A stretch of DNA of 64,000 nt. It comes from the human T2T-CHM13v2.0 reference genome, Homo sapiens. Of the stretch, positions 1 to 13,313 are shown one piece after another. The notes under the pieces were generated by a model. It made no database searches and had not been told where the DNA came from. It was given only the letters and a program-made list of their open reading frames with translations. Positions within the stretch are counted from its first letter, which is position 1; each line of letters begins with the position of its first letter. The position numbers and the translations under genes were made by a program. Location of the stretch: NCBI RefSeq assembly GCF_009914755.1, contig NC_060932.1. The stretch is one strand, 5' to 3'.

Positions 1-1718
1 CCTGGGTAAGTGAATCTAAGTCTGTCAACCTCATCTATTAAACGGGAGTAGTGAAAAACCTACCTCTTTTGGTTGTCCTTAGGATTCCAGTGAGGTGATC
101 GAACATTGTCTTGAGCGTTCAAGTGCTCAAGGAATGTTAGTTTCCTTCCATTCAACAAATATTTGAGTACCTACTATGTGCCCGGCTTTGACTGAGACCT
201 ATAAATACCAGAATGAGCAAGACTGATGGACGTCCTGCCTCCTTAGTTTCTTGCATTCCTCAGGGATAAGTTTATGGGCAAGCTCATGACAACTGGGAGT
301 GAACGCAGAGTTTCCCCATGCGGAGTTGGTAGTATTTCCCAGCTTCCAAATCCAAAGTAGCGACTGAAACATAGTAGGTGCTAATATATATTCATTTAGA
401 TGAATAGGGACATTAAGTAAATACAGGTCTCAAAGGATATTCCTGCCTGCCAGTCAGTGTGATTGATAAAATCAAAGTGTGGCTTGATCGCATTTTCCCT
501 ATTTTAGTGCAACTGGTTGGAAAATTTATCTTGGAAGTGGTAGTATCACTGAATTATTAAGAATGTTCCTTGTTCATGAGATGTTCTTGGCTTTTGAATT
601 AAATATACCTAGGTTTGAATGGAGTCACTGGATGTGCTTACTCTGTGTTTAATTCAATGAAACAAGGACAATAGTATCTATGTCATAAGATGGCTTTTTG
701 AGTTGTGTGTTAACATTTTGATAGTGCATGGTTCATAGTAGACAGTCAATGAGTATCAGTTCTCCTCTTTTATTAATCACAAAAGGAAGTTTTCTGCAGA
801 ATGAGGATATTCTTGATTGCTAGGGAGAGAATTCTATTCTGTAATCACTAAAAGACCCAGTTTCTATTTTTTATTGGGAAAAAAAAAACAACCTTTAAAT
901 TTTACCTCCAGTTAGCATTGAAGTTATTCAAGTTGGCAAATATTTATAAAACAATGACACTAACAATATTTGGAAAGGTGATGGCTGTGGTTACTAGGGC
1001 AGTTTATGAAATTTATTCTCAACTTTTATTCATGTATATCCTAAAACTGACAGTCCCAAATGGTAAATATCATTTTTCTTCACAACATACTGATAGAGTA
1101 TCTCCTTGATTCTATTTCCTTCCCTGCCAAGTACCACACGTTCTGTAGTCTCTTTTCTGGCTCTTTTTTCTTATAATTTTTCAGAAAATTTAGGCTAATT
1201 TTCATTTGAGAAAGTTTTCTTTTGATTGAGAGTTTTGTTCTTGACAAATCAGCTTTAAATGAAGTGATTGTTCACCATCATAATTTTTCAGATCATTCTA
1301 CTCATAATGAAGCAATCAAACTTTTTTTTCAAGTCTTACTTTGCAAATGGTAACTGAAGGTACCAAATGAATAAAATACTCTAGAGAAGGGTTGTACAGG
1401 GCAAAGTAAGGTATAGAAATAACCATAATACAAAATAAAAAATGTTGTTTCTTGGGAAGAGTAAAATACTAGAATTAAGAAGACTTTACAGTACTCCAGC
1501 AAGAGGTAGTAAAGGCTTATGCTAGATAGATTACAGTGGAAATAGGAAAGAATATGGGCAGTACTGGGAAATTGAATAGGGTCTTTTTGGCAATTAGGTG
1601 TAAGGAGAAAGAAAGGAGGAGTCAGCATTGTTGCATGATTTGAACTTGAGTAAACCACTGGTTGGGATGTTTTTGACAGAAGTATTTAAATAACTCGAGT
1701 ACAATTTTTAATATTCTG

Positions 1719-1722
<4 letters not shown>

Positions 1723-1752
<30 letters not shown>
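1723..1752. repeat. Poly(T)30 mononucleotide run
   Basis: Direct reading. Confidence 0.95.
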
Positions 1753-1756
<4 letters not shown>

Positions 1757-2334
1757 GTCACTGTTCTTTTCATCCTGTCAATTAGTAGGCCACTTCCAGG
1801 TTAGGCATTCAGTAAATCTTTCAGCTTATATGGAGAGACAGCCTCCATATGTACAAAACTACTTGAGTATTGCTAAGGTAACATTTTAGAGCCCTGTCTT
1901 TGTACCTTAATAGCCTACAAGCCCCTTCTGACCCTAGAAATAGAAAAGACTAGTGTGCGTTTTGCCTTTCCTTAGAAGAAATTGGCAATGATGCCTTTAC
2001 AGAGCAATCAAGATCAGATACTATGAGAGTTAAGTATGTTTTTCTGGCTTTCTGATTTTGTTTTGTTCTTATTTTTTATGTGTTTGTTTGGAACTTTCGT
2101 ATTGAGGTATAGCATACAAACAGTACATACAGTCAAGTATGTGGTGTTACTACTCAGATTGAGATATTAGATCTTAGCTCTCTAATGCTTCAGTATACCC
2201 TATCAGAGATGACCATTTTTTTTTACTATATAATTTTTAACCTATTCAATGTAATATTTTATTAGGTAAAAAGCTGCTTTTTTCAAGACTTTAGGAGTCT
2301 TGAATCCCCATGAAATGCATTTTTAAAAAGCATG

Positions 2335-2639
2335 GGCTGGGCATGGTAGCTCACACCTGTAATCCCAGCACTTTGGGAGGCTGAGGCAGGCAGATCACTT
2401 GAGGCCAGGAGTTCGAGACCAGCCTAGCCAACATGGCGAAACCCCGTCTCTAGTAAAAATACAAAAATTAGCGGGTGTGGTGGCATGTGCCAGTAGTCTC
2501 AGATTTGGGGGTGGCTGAGGCACGAGAATAACTTGAACCCAGGAGACAGAGGTTGCAGTGAGCCAAGATTGTACTGCTACACTCCAGCCTGGGTGACACA
2601 GCAAGACTCTATCTCAATTAAAAAAAAAAAAAAAAAAAA
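2335..2639 (+). mobile_element. Alu (S-type), full length
   Basis: GGCTGGGCATGGTAGCTCACACCTGTAATCCCAGC start, A-rich linker, poly(A) tail; imperfect TSD aaaagcatg/aaaagtatg. Confidence 0.95.
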
Positions 2640-3625
2640 GTATGTTATAGTACAGGGATGGTGTATTTATCCAGGATGATTTTACTCCTTATGTTTCTAA
2701 ATGTTATTGCTTATCTTATGCTCATGTAAGGTAATTAAAAACCTAATTAACATTTCAATTTTAAAAAGGTATATAGCTGTCCCTTTAATGTGGTCACATG
2801 ATAATTATTACTTAAGTTAGGTTTTATCCGCTTTTAAGTAAGTATGTGTAGAACTGAAGTCCAAATATACTGCTTGTGCTTTTTTATTCTGGGAAAAAAA
2901 ACTATCAAATTACTGTATGTTTTTTCTTTTTGTTTTAAGAAGTCAGCACTCTAAATAATTGTATTAATCAAGTGTTGTGATTGTTTCTAAAGGTGTTACT
3001 AATGGATTGAGAGGCCAGTCTGTTTTAGTTGTGATTTTGTTATTACCTGGTTGTTTCACCTTGAGCAGAACCGTTAACTTCAGTGTATCTTAGTTTCCTC
3101 ATTTAGAAAATTTAAGAAGTTGGATGACGTATTCTCCAGCTGTTCCAATGACAGGAATCATGATTCTGAATACATAGTAATTCTCCTCCTTTGACAAAGA
3201 GAAGGCAAGGAAAAGCTAAGACATGAGATTCCATTATCAGTAATGTTATTCCTGTAAGTGTGTGCACATATGCACACACATATGTATGTTTGCCTGTGTA
3301 TTTCTTGTGACTTGATTTAACATGTGGTCTGTTCTACCTCTCAACAGTGGAAAAATGACTATCTCTAATGGATTAACAGATTTTTTTCCCTCTTTCGTGT
3401 GTATTTTGAGGCTCTTAGTCGGGACATTGTCATAGTTACTTAAGTTTTCAACTTTAACTTGTGCCAAAACTCATCTTAAGAAATTTTTAAAATTAAATAG
3501 TGATTATTAGGGTAAATATATGCAGTACATATATAGTATACAATATATGCAATACATATATAGTATAGGTGACTAAGATGTATAAGAAAAATTTGGAAAT
3601 TAAGAACCATGTTTAAAAAGGATAC

Positions 3626-3928
<303 letters not shown>

Positions 3929-3955
3929 GGCTACCAAAATAATGCCAGTTTTACC

Positions 3956-4246
3956 TTTTTTTTTTTTGAAACGGAGTCTCACTGTGTTGCCCAGGCTGGA
4001 GTGCAGTCATGTGATCTCAGCTCACCGCAACCTCCACCTCCCAGGTTCAAGTGATTGTCGTGCCTCAGCCTCCTGAGTAGCTGGAACTACAGGCATGTGC
4101 CACCGCACCTGGCTAATTTTTGTATTATTAGTAGACGCGGGATTTCACCATATTGGCCAGGCTGGTCTCGAACTCCTGACCTCGTGATCTGCCCGCCTCA
4201 GCCTCCCAAAGCGCTGGGACTACAGACGTGAGCCACCGCGCCCAGC
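3956..4246 (-). mobile_element. Alu (Sg/Sc-like), full length, inverted relative to its neighbour
   Basis: Poly(T) then reverse Alu consensus, including the gacctcgtgatc 2-bp-deletion form; TSD-like agttttacc/agttttatc. Confidence 0.95.
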
Positions 4247-4354
4247 ATAGTTTTATCATTTTTAGAATCTTTATTCCTATCATTGCTATGGCTGTAGTTT
4301 TCAATTCCTATATCATCTCTTTCATAAAGACATATATCTTGTTATTTAATCATA

Positions 4355-4610
4355 GGGAGGCAGTATGAGTGTGATATTTAAGGACTGAGACACTACAACC
4401 AGACTCTTTGGGTTCAAATTCCAGTTCTATAACTTATCAGTTCTGTATCTTTGGCAGCTTACTTAACCCCGCTGTGCCTTAGTTTTCTTATCTGAAGTAG
4501 AGACAAAATAGTACTTGCTTCAAGTCCTTCCCAGGGTTGTTGTGAGCATTGAATGAGTATTACATGTTAATCACTAAGAAGAATGCTTTTTATGAAATAT
4601 AAAGTAAGCT
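4355..4610 (+). mobile_element. MIR
   Basis: gggttcaaattccagttct...cttaacccc gctgtgccttagttttcttatctg...agggttgttgtgagcattgaatgag core; boundaries approximate. Confidence 0.7.
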
Positions 4611-5109
4611 ATTACAGTATATTGAAATGCTATTGTGAAATCAGATTTCTGTTTTTAGAGAAGTTCTGAAATAATGTTTCTTTTCACTAATTGTCCTAGT
4701 TTCCTAATGGAAGTTGGCTTTCTAGAAAGTAACAAATAATTGATACAAGATTATGATGGTGTTAATGAGTTTTTAAAACAGTATTCTAACCAGAATATGA
4801 ACACTGTTCTAATTTAAGTGACATAATATTGTTCAAAAATGTCTTCGTGTAGATTGTTTTAACAGCTCTTTTGAGCTCTAATTGAAATGCAATAAACTGT
4901 ATATAATTAAAGTATACAATTTGATTAGTTTTGATGAATATATATACACTCACCTATGAAACCACCACAACTGAAGCCGTAAGTATATCCATTACCTCCA
5001 AAAGTTTCGTCATGTCTGTCAGTGATCCTTCCTTCCCACTTCTCCCTGCCTCATTACAAGGCACTGCTGATATTTTCTGTCACTCTATATTTGTTTATAA
5101 TTTCTCGAG

Positions 5110-5328
5110 CAACCTTGTCCAGTCTGCTGCCTGTGGGCCTCATATAGCCCAGGATGGCTTTGACTGCAGCCCAATGCAAATTAGTAAACTTTCTTAAAAC
5201 ATTATGAGATTTTTTTGCAATTTTTTTAGGCTTATCAGCTCTGGTTAGTGTTAGTGTATTTTATGTGTGGCCCAAGATAATTCTTTTTCCAGTGTGGCCC
5301 AGGGAAGCCAAAAGATTGGACACCCCTG
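5110..5328. mobile_element. MER30 (hAT-Charlie MITE)
   Basis: Ends caaccttgtcc...ggacacccctg, internal gtgtggcccagggaagccaaaagattgg; 8-bp hAT-type TSD TTCTCGAG (5102-5109)/TTCTAGAG (5329-5336). Confidence 0.85.
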
Positions 5329-5599
5329 TTCTAGAGCTTAAAAAATACTATATATGGAATCATACAGTGTATATTTTTTTGGTGGTCTGACTCTTTTCAT
5401 TCAGTATAATTATTCTGAGATATAGTCATGCTATTACTTGTAACAATAGTTCATTCCTTTTTATTGCTGAGTAGTAAGTAGTCTGTTGTATTTATATACT
5501 ACAATTTGTTTGTCCACTCACCTGTTGATATACATTTGTGTTGTTTCCAGTTTGGAGCTATTAAATAAAAATAAAGCTGCAATTCAAATACAAGTCTTT

Positions 5600-5731
5600 T
5601 ATTTATTTATTTATTTCAATTTTTTTTTTGAGACGGAGTCCTGCTCTGTCACCAGGCTGAAGTGCAGTAGCTCAATCTCAGCTCACTGCAACCTCCGCAT
5701 CCTGCATTCAAGCTATTCTCCTGCCTCAGCC
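5600..5731 (-). mobile_element. 5'-truncated Alu (part of right monomer)
   Basis: Reverse Alu 3' end flanked by a perfect 17-bp TSD TTCAAATACAAGTCTTT (5583-5599, 5732-5748). Confidence 0.9.
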
Positions 5732-6069
5732 TTCAAATACAAGTCTTTATATGGCTATATACTTTTCTTTATCTTGGGTAGATTACTAGGAGTAGAATGG
5801 CTGGGTCATATGGTAGATGTTTGTTAAACTTTGTAAGAAACTACCAAATTGTTTTTCAAAGTGGTTGTACATTTTACTTTCCCACCACCAAAGTGTGAGC
5901 GTGCCAGTTGTTCCAAATCCTCACCAGTACTTGCTATGGTCATTATGTTTAGTTTGAATCATCCCAGTAGGTATGTAATAATTTCTCACTGTGGCTTTAA
6001 TTTGCATTTTTCTAATGATTAAAGATGTTGACTATCATTTAATCTACTTATTTACCATTGTATATGTTC

Positions 6070-6364
6070 TTTTTTTTTTTTTCGAGATGGAGTCTCACTC
6101 TGTTGCCCAGGCTGGAGTGCAGTGGCGTGATCTCGGCTTACTTCAAGCTCTGCCTTTCAGGTTCACGCCATTCTCCTGCCTCAGCCTCCTGAGTAGCTGG
6201 GACTACAGGTGCCCGCGACCATGCCCGGCTAATTTTTTGTATTTTTAGTAGAGACAGGGTTTCACCGTGTTGGCCAGGATGGTCTTGATCTCCTGACCTC
6301 GTGATCCGCCCGCCTCGGCCTCCCAAAGTGCTGGGATTACAGGTGTGAGCCACCACGCCTGGCC
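6070..6364 (-). mobile_element. Alu (Y/Sc-like), full length
   Basis: Reverse consensus with gttcacgccattctcc; TSD ttgtatatgtt on both sides. Confidence 0.95.
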
Positions 6365-9300
6365 TTGTATATGTTTTTTGATGAAATGTCTAGTTAGACC
6401 TTTTGCTCGTTTTTAAATTGAGTTTTTAAAAATTATTTTTGAATTTTGAGAGGTTCTTATATATTCTGGGTTTAAGTCCCTTATTAGACATATGCTTTGC
6501 AAGGATTTTTCTCTCAGTCTGTGATTTGTCTTTTCATTCCATTAATAGTGTTTTTGAATTGTAGTTTTTAATTTTGATAAAATCCAATTTACTAATCTTT
6601 TATTTTATGGATTGTGCTTTTGTTGTACTACCTAAAAATCTTTGCCTAACCCAGGGTCACAAAGTTGTGTTGTTTTTTTTTCTTGCAAATTTTGTAGTTT
6701 CAGACTACATTTAGGTCTATAATCTATTTTTAATTACTTTTAACTGGTGCCAGATATATATAGAAGGTTTTTGTTTTGATTTTTTCCATATGGATATGGA
6801 TATCCAGTTTAACCAGCACTTTTTTTTTCTTAATAACTATTCTTTTCTCTCTGAATTACCTTTGCATCTTTATCAGATTTCAGTTTTTGTATATACGTGG
6901 GTCTATTCCTTTACTTTCCATTGATCTATTCGTGTATTTTGATTCCAATACTACACAGTTTTGATTACTGAAGCTTTATAACAAGTCTTGAAACCAGATA
7001 GTGCTAGCTGTTTTACCTTGTTCTTTTTCAATGTTGTTTTGGCTGTTATATACGTTCTTTGCATTTCCATATGAACTTTAGAAATTAGCTTGTCAAGTTT
7101 TAAAGAAAAAACCTGCCCAGATTTTGGTTGAGATTGCCTGGAATCTATAACTCATTTTGGGAAATGTTGATATCTTAATAAAAATATTCTGTCTCTGAAA
7201 AAGTCTTTTTAAATTAATAGGCCTTTTAACTGTCTCAGCAATATTTGATAGTTTTCAGTAGTCAAGTCCTTAATTAGATTTGTCCTCAAGTATCATTTTT
7301 TTATGCCTATATAAATTTTTTTAACGTTTCAATTTCTTATTGATTGTTGTTAACGTATAGAAATACAATTAATGGTAGATCCCGTTGAATTTTCCACATA
7401 GAATATCACACTTTTATTTCTGCCTTTCCATTCTGGATGCCTTTTATTTCTTTTCTATTTTTTTCTTTTTTCTTTTTTTTTTTTTTTTTGCTGGATTGCA
7501 TTGGCCAGAACTTCCACTACGATGTTGACTAAAAGTAGAAAAAGCAGACATGCTTGTGTTGTTCATGATCTTAGGGAGAAATTATCAAATTTTTTTACCA
7601 TTAAGTCTCATATTACTGTAGGTTTTTCATAGATGTTTTTGATCAGGTTGAGAAAGTTCCCTTATACTTTGCTGCAATTTTTTTTTTTAACAGGAATGGA
7701 TGTTGAGTTTTGTCAAAGGCTTTTTCTGTCTCTATTGAGATGTTTATATGGTTTTTTGTTTTTAGTTTGCTAATATAGTGAATGACATTTGATTTTTAAA
7801 TGTTAAACCAATCCAACATTTCCAAACTAAGCACCAGTTTTTCACAATGTAGTATCCATTTATATATTGTTGGATTTAATTTACTAATATTTGGCTAAGG
7901 AGATTTGTGTCTAGATTCATAGAATATTAATAGTTTTCTTTTCTAGTAATATCTTTGGATTAGTATCAGTGTAATACTGGCCTCAAATAATGAGTTGGGG
8001 AAATATTCCTTCTTCAGTTTTTTGGCAGTTTGTATAGAATTGGTATTATTCCTTCCTAAGTGTTTTGTAGAATTTACCAGTGAAGCCATCTGTGTCTGGG
8101 AGATTTTTATAACTACAAATATAATTTCTTTAATAGATATATAGATTTTCAGGTTGTTCTTCTTATGCTTTAGTAATTTGTGTCTTTCAGGGAAGTTGTC
8201 CATTTCATCTCACTTGTCAAGTAAATACAGGCACAAAGGTGTTTGTAATAGTTCTTCAGTATCCTTTTAATATCTGCAGACTCTAACAATGTTATCTGTC
8301 TTGTTTATGATATTGGCAAAAGTCTGTTATTAAGGACACGTGTTTTAGATTGTTATGTACTTTTTATTAATTGACCCCTTTATCACTGTGAAATGACCAC
8401 TTTTATACCTGGTAATGTTATTTTTCCTATAATCTGTCTAACATTGAAATAGTCACTTCACCTTTCTTTTGATTAGTGCTAGCATAGTATATTTTCTCCT
8501 ATCCTTTTACTTTTAACCTATTTGTGTCTTTTTATTTAAAATGCATTTCTCATTGGCAACATGGAGTGGGGCGGTCTTTCTTTCTTATTCAATCTAACAA
8601 TCTCTGCTTTTCAATTGGAATGCTATACAATTTGCATTTAATGAGATTATTGATATGGTTAGATTTACGTCTGTCATCTTATTTGTTTTTGGCTTGTCCC
8701 ATGTGTTATTTGTTCTCTTTTCTTTGTTTCCTGCTGCCTTTTCAATTGAGTAGTTTTTATCTCCCTGCTTGTCTTATTGGTTATGACCAGTCCTTGCCCC
8801 TCAGAATATATGATTTAATGGACTTACTAGAGGTACTCCTAGGTATTGGCATTTCTTTAATAGATTCCCAGATTTGTGAACCACTGGACTAAATGAGCTC
8901 CATGGTAACTTTCAATTTACTAGCTATGTGACTTTGGTCAAGTTATTTGACCTCTCTTAATTCAATTTCCTCATCTATAAAATGGATATAAGGAAATATA
9001 TTCATCTGCAAGTTAAAAATATTTAAAGTATTTTAAATAGTATTATGTTCATGTGGTTCAAACTTTAAAAGGTACACAGAGATTTAATATATTCTATTTT
9101 ATACTTTTTTATTTTTTGAATTGTAGATTTTTGTATTAATAGATTTAGGTAAAATTATTTTCAAAAACTCAGAATGAAGGGTTTTATCCTTACAACCATT
9201 GAAAACTCGAAAACCTGGTTTTTGACTTGTTAATATGATTTAAATTATAATTTTAAAATTTACTGTGTTATAGTTTCTAGAGAAAGGTAAAAAATATCTT

Positions 9301-9409
9301 AGATTTTTCTTAGTGCATAATAGGTCTTTTCAGGACAGGAGTATGACTTTTGAAATCAATTTAATGCATTTTTTGTTTTGTGCCTCTTCCACAGGTTTTG
9401 ATTCCCACC

Positions 9410-9492
9410 ATGGCCATCACCCAGTTTCGGTTATTTAAATTTTGTACCTGCCTAGCAACAGTATTCTCATTCCTAAAGAGATTAATATGCAG
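9410..9492 (+). CDS. EBAG9: EBAG9/RCAS1 first coding exon (exon starts 9395; MAITQFRLFKFCTCLATVFSFLKRLICR)
   Basis: Acceptor ctcttccacag|G at 9394/9395, Kozak CCACCATGG with ATG at 9410, donor AG|gtaaat at 9492/9493. 83 coding nt; the translation matches the EBAG9 N-terminus as I recall it. Confidence 0.97.
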
Positions 9493-10049
9493 GTAAATAA
9501 GTTTTATGTTCAAACTAACCTGTTTATCTCCTCGCTGGTTTTGGATACCTTCAAAACTTCAAATTTCGTGGACAGGACAGGTTATATTTAAGCTGAATAT
9601 CTTGATTGCAGTATTTATTCATTAATTCCTAGTCATTTTTAGATACTTTTTCTCTACTTCAGATCTAGAAAATAGAGGTTCAGTTGTTTTGTTCATTCAA
9701 ATTCTTACACTTTCCACTAAAATAACATGCTTAATACTATTTAGGAATAGACAGACCAACTTTCATTATTATAATCATCACAGAACTTTGATGTATTCGT
9801 TTCATTATGGGAATGTTTTAAAGTGGTTAGGTGAAATTCGGAATAGGTATTTCTGTCTATACTACAATAGTGTTGTTTTTATATTTAAAAAAAAATCCTA
9901 AGAAAAATCCTAAAAAAAAAAAATTTTTTTTTCTGTTTGAGTAACATTCTAGAATATGCAGGAAGTCAAGAGCAGGTAAGTCATTTGCTTTAGGACATCA
10001 TCTGTAGACTTCAGTTCCTTCTGTTTTGTCACACGATCATACCCAAGAG

Positions 10050-10620
10050 CTATGATGTCTAAAATGTGTGCTGAGGCACCTCAGGGCTTTACATGAAATT
10101 CACAGGGATGCCATAGAATATTTTAAATTTTGCAGTGAAACATAGTGATAGCATCTGTTGAATACCTCAACTCAAAGTAGTTCACATTTGCAACATTAAA
10201 TCCTGCAGTATTTTTTTATGATGGTGTTCTTTAATGTTTGAGATAAGTTTTTGTTTACTTATATTTTTGGTGACATCTCATTGCAAAGCCAGGATTTTAG
10301 GTTGTAATTAAAAGCGAGTACTGCACCAAAATTAATGTAGAACTGAAAACAAGAATGATGGTCTCCAGTCTTATTCTAAGGCATAAGAAGCTGTGCAGTG
10401 TTCAACAGGCACACAAATTTCATTAATAAGTTCAGTGATTGTGGTTATTTAAGAATAAAATAAAAATATTACTTTTTCTTTAAATGTGTATTTTTTACAA
10501 TGGCTACTAAGCAGTTAGGATATACTTAAGTTTTTTGGGTGTAACTACCTTATTCAGTGGAATTGTTAGGTGTTTCTGTGGCCTAAGGGTACTGTGAAAA
10601 AGTTACTTACATACTAAGAG
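10050..10620. mobile_element. Probable degraded hAT-Charlie-type DNA transposon fragment
   Basis: aaaatgtgtgctgaggcacctcagggc...cacagggatgcc start and gggtactgtgaaaaagtt end resemble Charlie-family termini; from recall only. Confidence 0.4.
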
Positions 10621-11398
10621 GAGGGTATAGTAAAAGAGGAAATGGACAGCAATCAGCTCTTTTTTTAATATATATAGACATGACTTAGAGGTTACACACA
10701 ACAATTTTTGCACTGCCTGCTTTCCAGAGCTTAGTCATATGGCCCCCTAGCTGCAAGGAAGGATAGGAACTGCAGTCTCTGGCTATATGACCATTTGATA
10801 GCTGCTAAATTGAACTTATTGCTAAAAGTAGAGTGGTCTGGGATTTAAAAAAAAAAAAAAAATCCAGGGTATTGCAAGAGAACAAGTGGGTGAAATGATC
10901 ATCTCTGGATGATCACTGGGGCAGAAGTGAAGAAAGAAATGGAAAATTTAGGTGGTTGACTTGAAATCACCCAAGAGGATAGGATTTGGGAAGTAGAAAA
11001 AGGAGCAAACTAAGTGTTCAAATTACCAGAGAATGAGGAAGAGAATGGCCAGAAATTCACCAGGTAAAGCAACATTAAAAATGGGTATTAATTGCCAGAA
11101 GGCAGGAAGTTAAAAGAAGCATTGTGTTAACAGTGGTGATGAAATGTAGATGTTTTCTTCTTATACTTCTATTTTTTAAAATTTTCATTAAATATAGATT
11201 ACTTCTAGGATAAGAAATTTTCTTGATGTAAAAATATTAAGGACATTCCTATTGGCACTATAAATTTCTGTTGTAAATGTATACATATTTAGAATTGATT
11301 GTATGTTCAGTTTTAAAGAAAACTGACCATATGTTAGGATAAGCTTCTCTTTGGTGTCTGAAGGAACCTTAGACCATGTATTTTAAAATACCAGACTT

Positions 11399-11530
11399 GG
11401 CTAGGCATGGTAGCTCATGCCTGTAATCCCAATGCTTTGGGAGGCCGAGGGGGTAGGATAGCTTGAGGCCAGGAGTTCAAGACCAGCCTGGGCAACACAG
11501 CAGGACCCCATCTCTATGGAAAGGAAAAAC
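11399..11530 (+). mobile_element. Alu left monomer (FLAM-like)
   Basis: GGCTAGGCATGGTAGCTCATGCCTGTAATCCC...GACCAGCCTGGGCAACAC, ending after one monomer. Confidence 0.88.
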
Positions 11531-12449
11531 ACGCTTGTATCATAAATTTCATAAAGGACTATATTACTTTTCTATTCACCCTTTAAACAAATATAGCTTT
11601 GAATCTGTAATAAAAATAGCTGACTTTATCGTTCTTAGTTCTTAGTTGATGCTTTTTTTTTTTATAGATTATTTGAAGTGAAGTAAATGACTAATTATCT
11701 CTATTACCTGCCATTTTTTGTATGTTGTGCTATGTAGCAGGCACACACTGTCTAGGGTTTTTAAATATGTCACTTAATTAAATCCAAACAACCCTGCAAA
11801 AGTGGGTTTGAATACCTGCATTTTATAGATGAGGCTGTTGAGGCTGAAAAGTAGGTAATTCTAACTAGACATAATAGAAGTAACATTGAAAACTGTGGTT
11901 TACACAGATTCCACAGCCCATGTTCTTAACAACTGAGTTATAGTACGTCCTGTTGAATGTGGTACTTTTCCTACTAATCCTTAAAAGTAAGTTACCATTT
12001 GGTTCAAACTAGTGATTTTTAAACTTCTTAATAGTTAATCTTATCAAGAAACCCCATGTGTAAAACATAAAAGCCAAGCCACCCTGTTTAAAACAGCAAA
12101 GGTGGCCCAGAACTTCACCCACAGAACCCACAGCACTCCAAGGAGCATGCTCTGAAACCGTCTTGCATTTTTATTTTTGACTTTATATTCCTCTTGAGTT
12201 TGTTTATAATTCTGAGTCCTAAGCCAAAAAGCAGTTATGTTGTTCTGTCCAAGATTTAAAAAACATTCACAGGATGTCTGATTTATGACTTTTTTTTACC
12301 ATAAATTAGTGAGTAACTGTTACTAAAATCAATAATCATAAAATTGAGAAAGATCTTGTTTTATAAGCCTTCAATTACCATACATAATAGTGCTTTTACT
12401 TTGCTTGTTTTGGTGGTTCTTGAAATAAATTATTTCATTTTTGTTTCAG

Positions 12450-12528
12450 ATCTGGCAGAGGACGGAAATTAAGTGGAGACCAAATAACTTTGCCAACTAC
12501 AGTTGATTATTCATCAGTTCCTAAGCAG
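12450..12528 (+). CDS. EBAG9: EBAG9 coding exon 2 (SGRGRKLSGDQITLPTTVDYSSVPKQ)
   Basis: tttgtttcag|A acceptor, CAG|gtaggt donor. 79 nt, phase-compatible with the previous exon (83+79=162). Confidence 0.97.
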
Positions 12529-13313
12529 GTAGGTTTTTTTTGTGTGTTCTTTTGTTTTGTTTTGTTTTGAAAGATTGAATAAGTGTCCTAGAACAATATT
12601 TTAAAAACTGGATTGCAGATCATTAATAGAAATTAATTTTTGTTGTGTTGTTAAATTTATCTGGTCTGAAAATTCTATTTGGTTCTACATTTTATCTTCT
12701 GTTTCTTTGTTGACATTTTCTATTGTGTTTTCATTGGTTTCAAGTGTTTGCTATTGTTTGTTGGAGCATTTTTATAATAGCTATTTTAAAGCCTTAGAGA
12801 ATTCCAACATATCATTTTGGTGTTGGTATCTGTTGATTAACTTGCCTTGCAAATTTAGATGTATTGTTTTTATATGCTGAATAATTCTGGGTTGTTTCAT
12901 GAACATTTTGAATACTATGTTTTGAGACTTCATCTTATTTAAATCCTGTGGAGAAGCTTGGTATTTTTTATCAGATGATCAATCTGGATAGGCTTGGGTG
13001 AAAATGTCCAGCCCTTCTGTGAGTTGTAGTTTTAATGTCAGTTCAGTTTTCAGAGCATTTGCTTTCGTTTTACTTTGTTTTTTGTTTTTTGATGGACATA
13101 ATAGAATAAAATAGAACAGAATATATCAGAATGTCTTGTATTTTTTGAACTTTTGATCAAGTTTTGATCTGTGATATGAAATGTATGTTTTCCCGTGGGT
13201 TAAAAAAGTTTGAAAACCAGTGTTTTAGAAAGCCCATTTTTCTAATAAATCATCAATGATGTGTTCATTAAGTTGCCCCTTTGTGGCTGATAATGTTGAT
13301 CAATTAAATTTAG

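Larger units (their letters stand above)
4860..8750 (-). mobile_element. Old L1M LINE (3' UTR and degenerate ORF2), interrupted by MER30 and two Alus
   Basis: T-rich antisense L1 motifs (gctgggtcatatggtag, gtggctttaatttgcattttt, ttagggagaaa, ccagtgaagccatctg). ORF-track 7943..8203 (MDNFPERHKL...FPNSLFEASITLI) resembles L1 ORF2. Confidence 0.85.

Noticed and set aside
3258-3279. gtgtgtgca-cata-tgcacacac inverted repeat
   Set aside because: Trivial product of adjacent (GT)n/(CA)n runs; too short to imply a structural RNA.
3515-3567. Two-copy 27-bp tandem duplication (aatatatgcagtacatatatagtata)
   Set aside because: Low-complexity AT slippage with only two units and no spacer structure; not CRISPR-like.
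7943-8203. L1 ORF2-like peptides here and at 13786-14043
   Set aside because: Short decayed LINE fragments, not intact retrotransposon genes.
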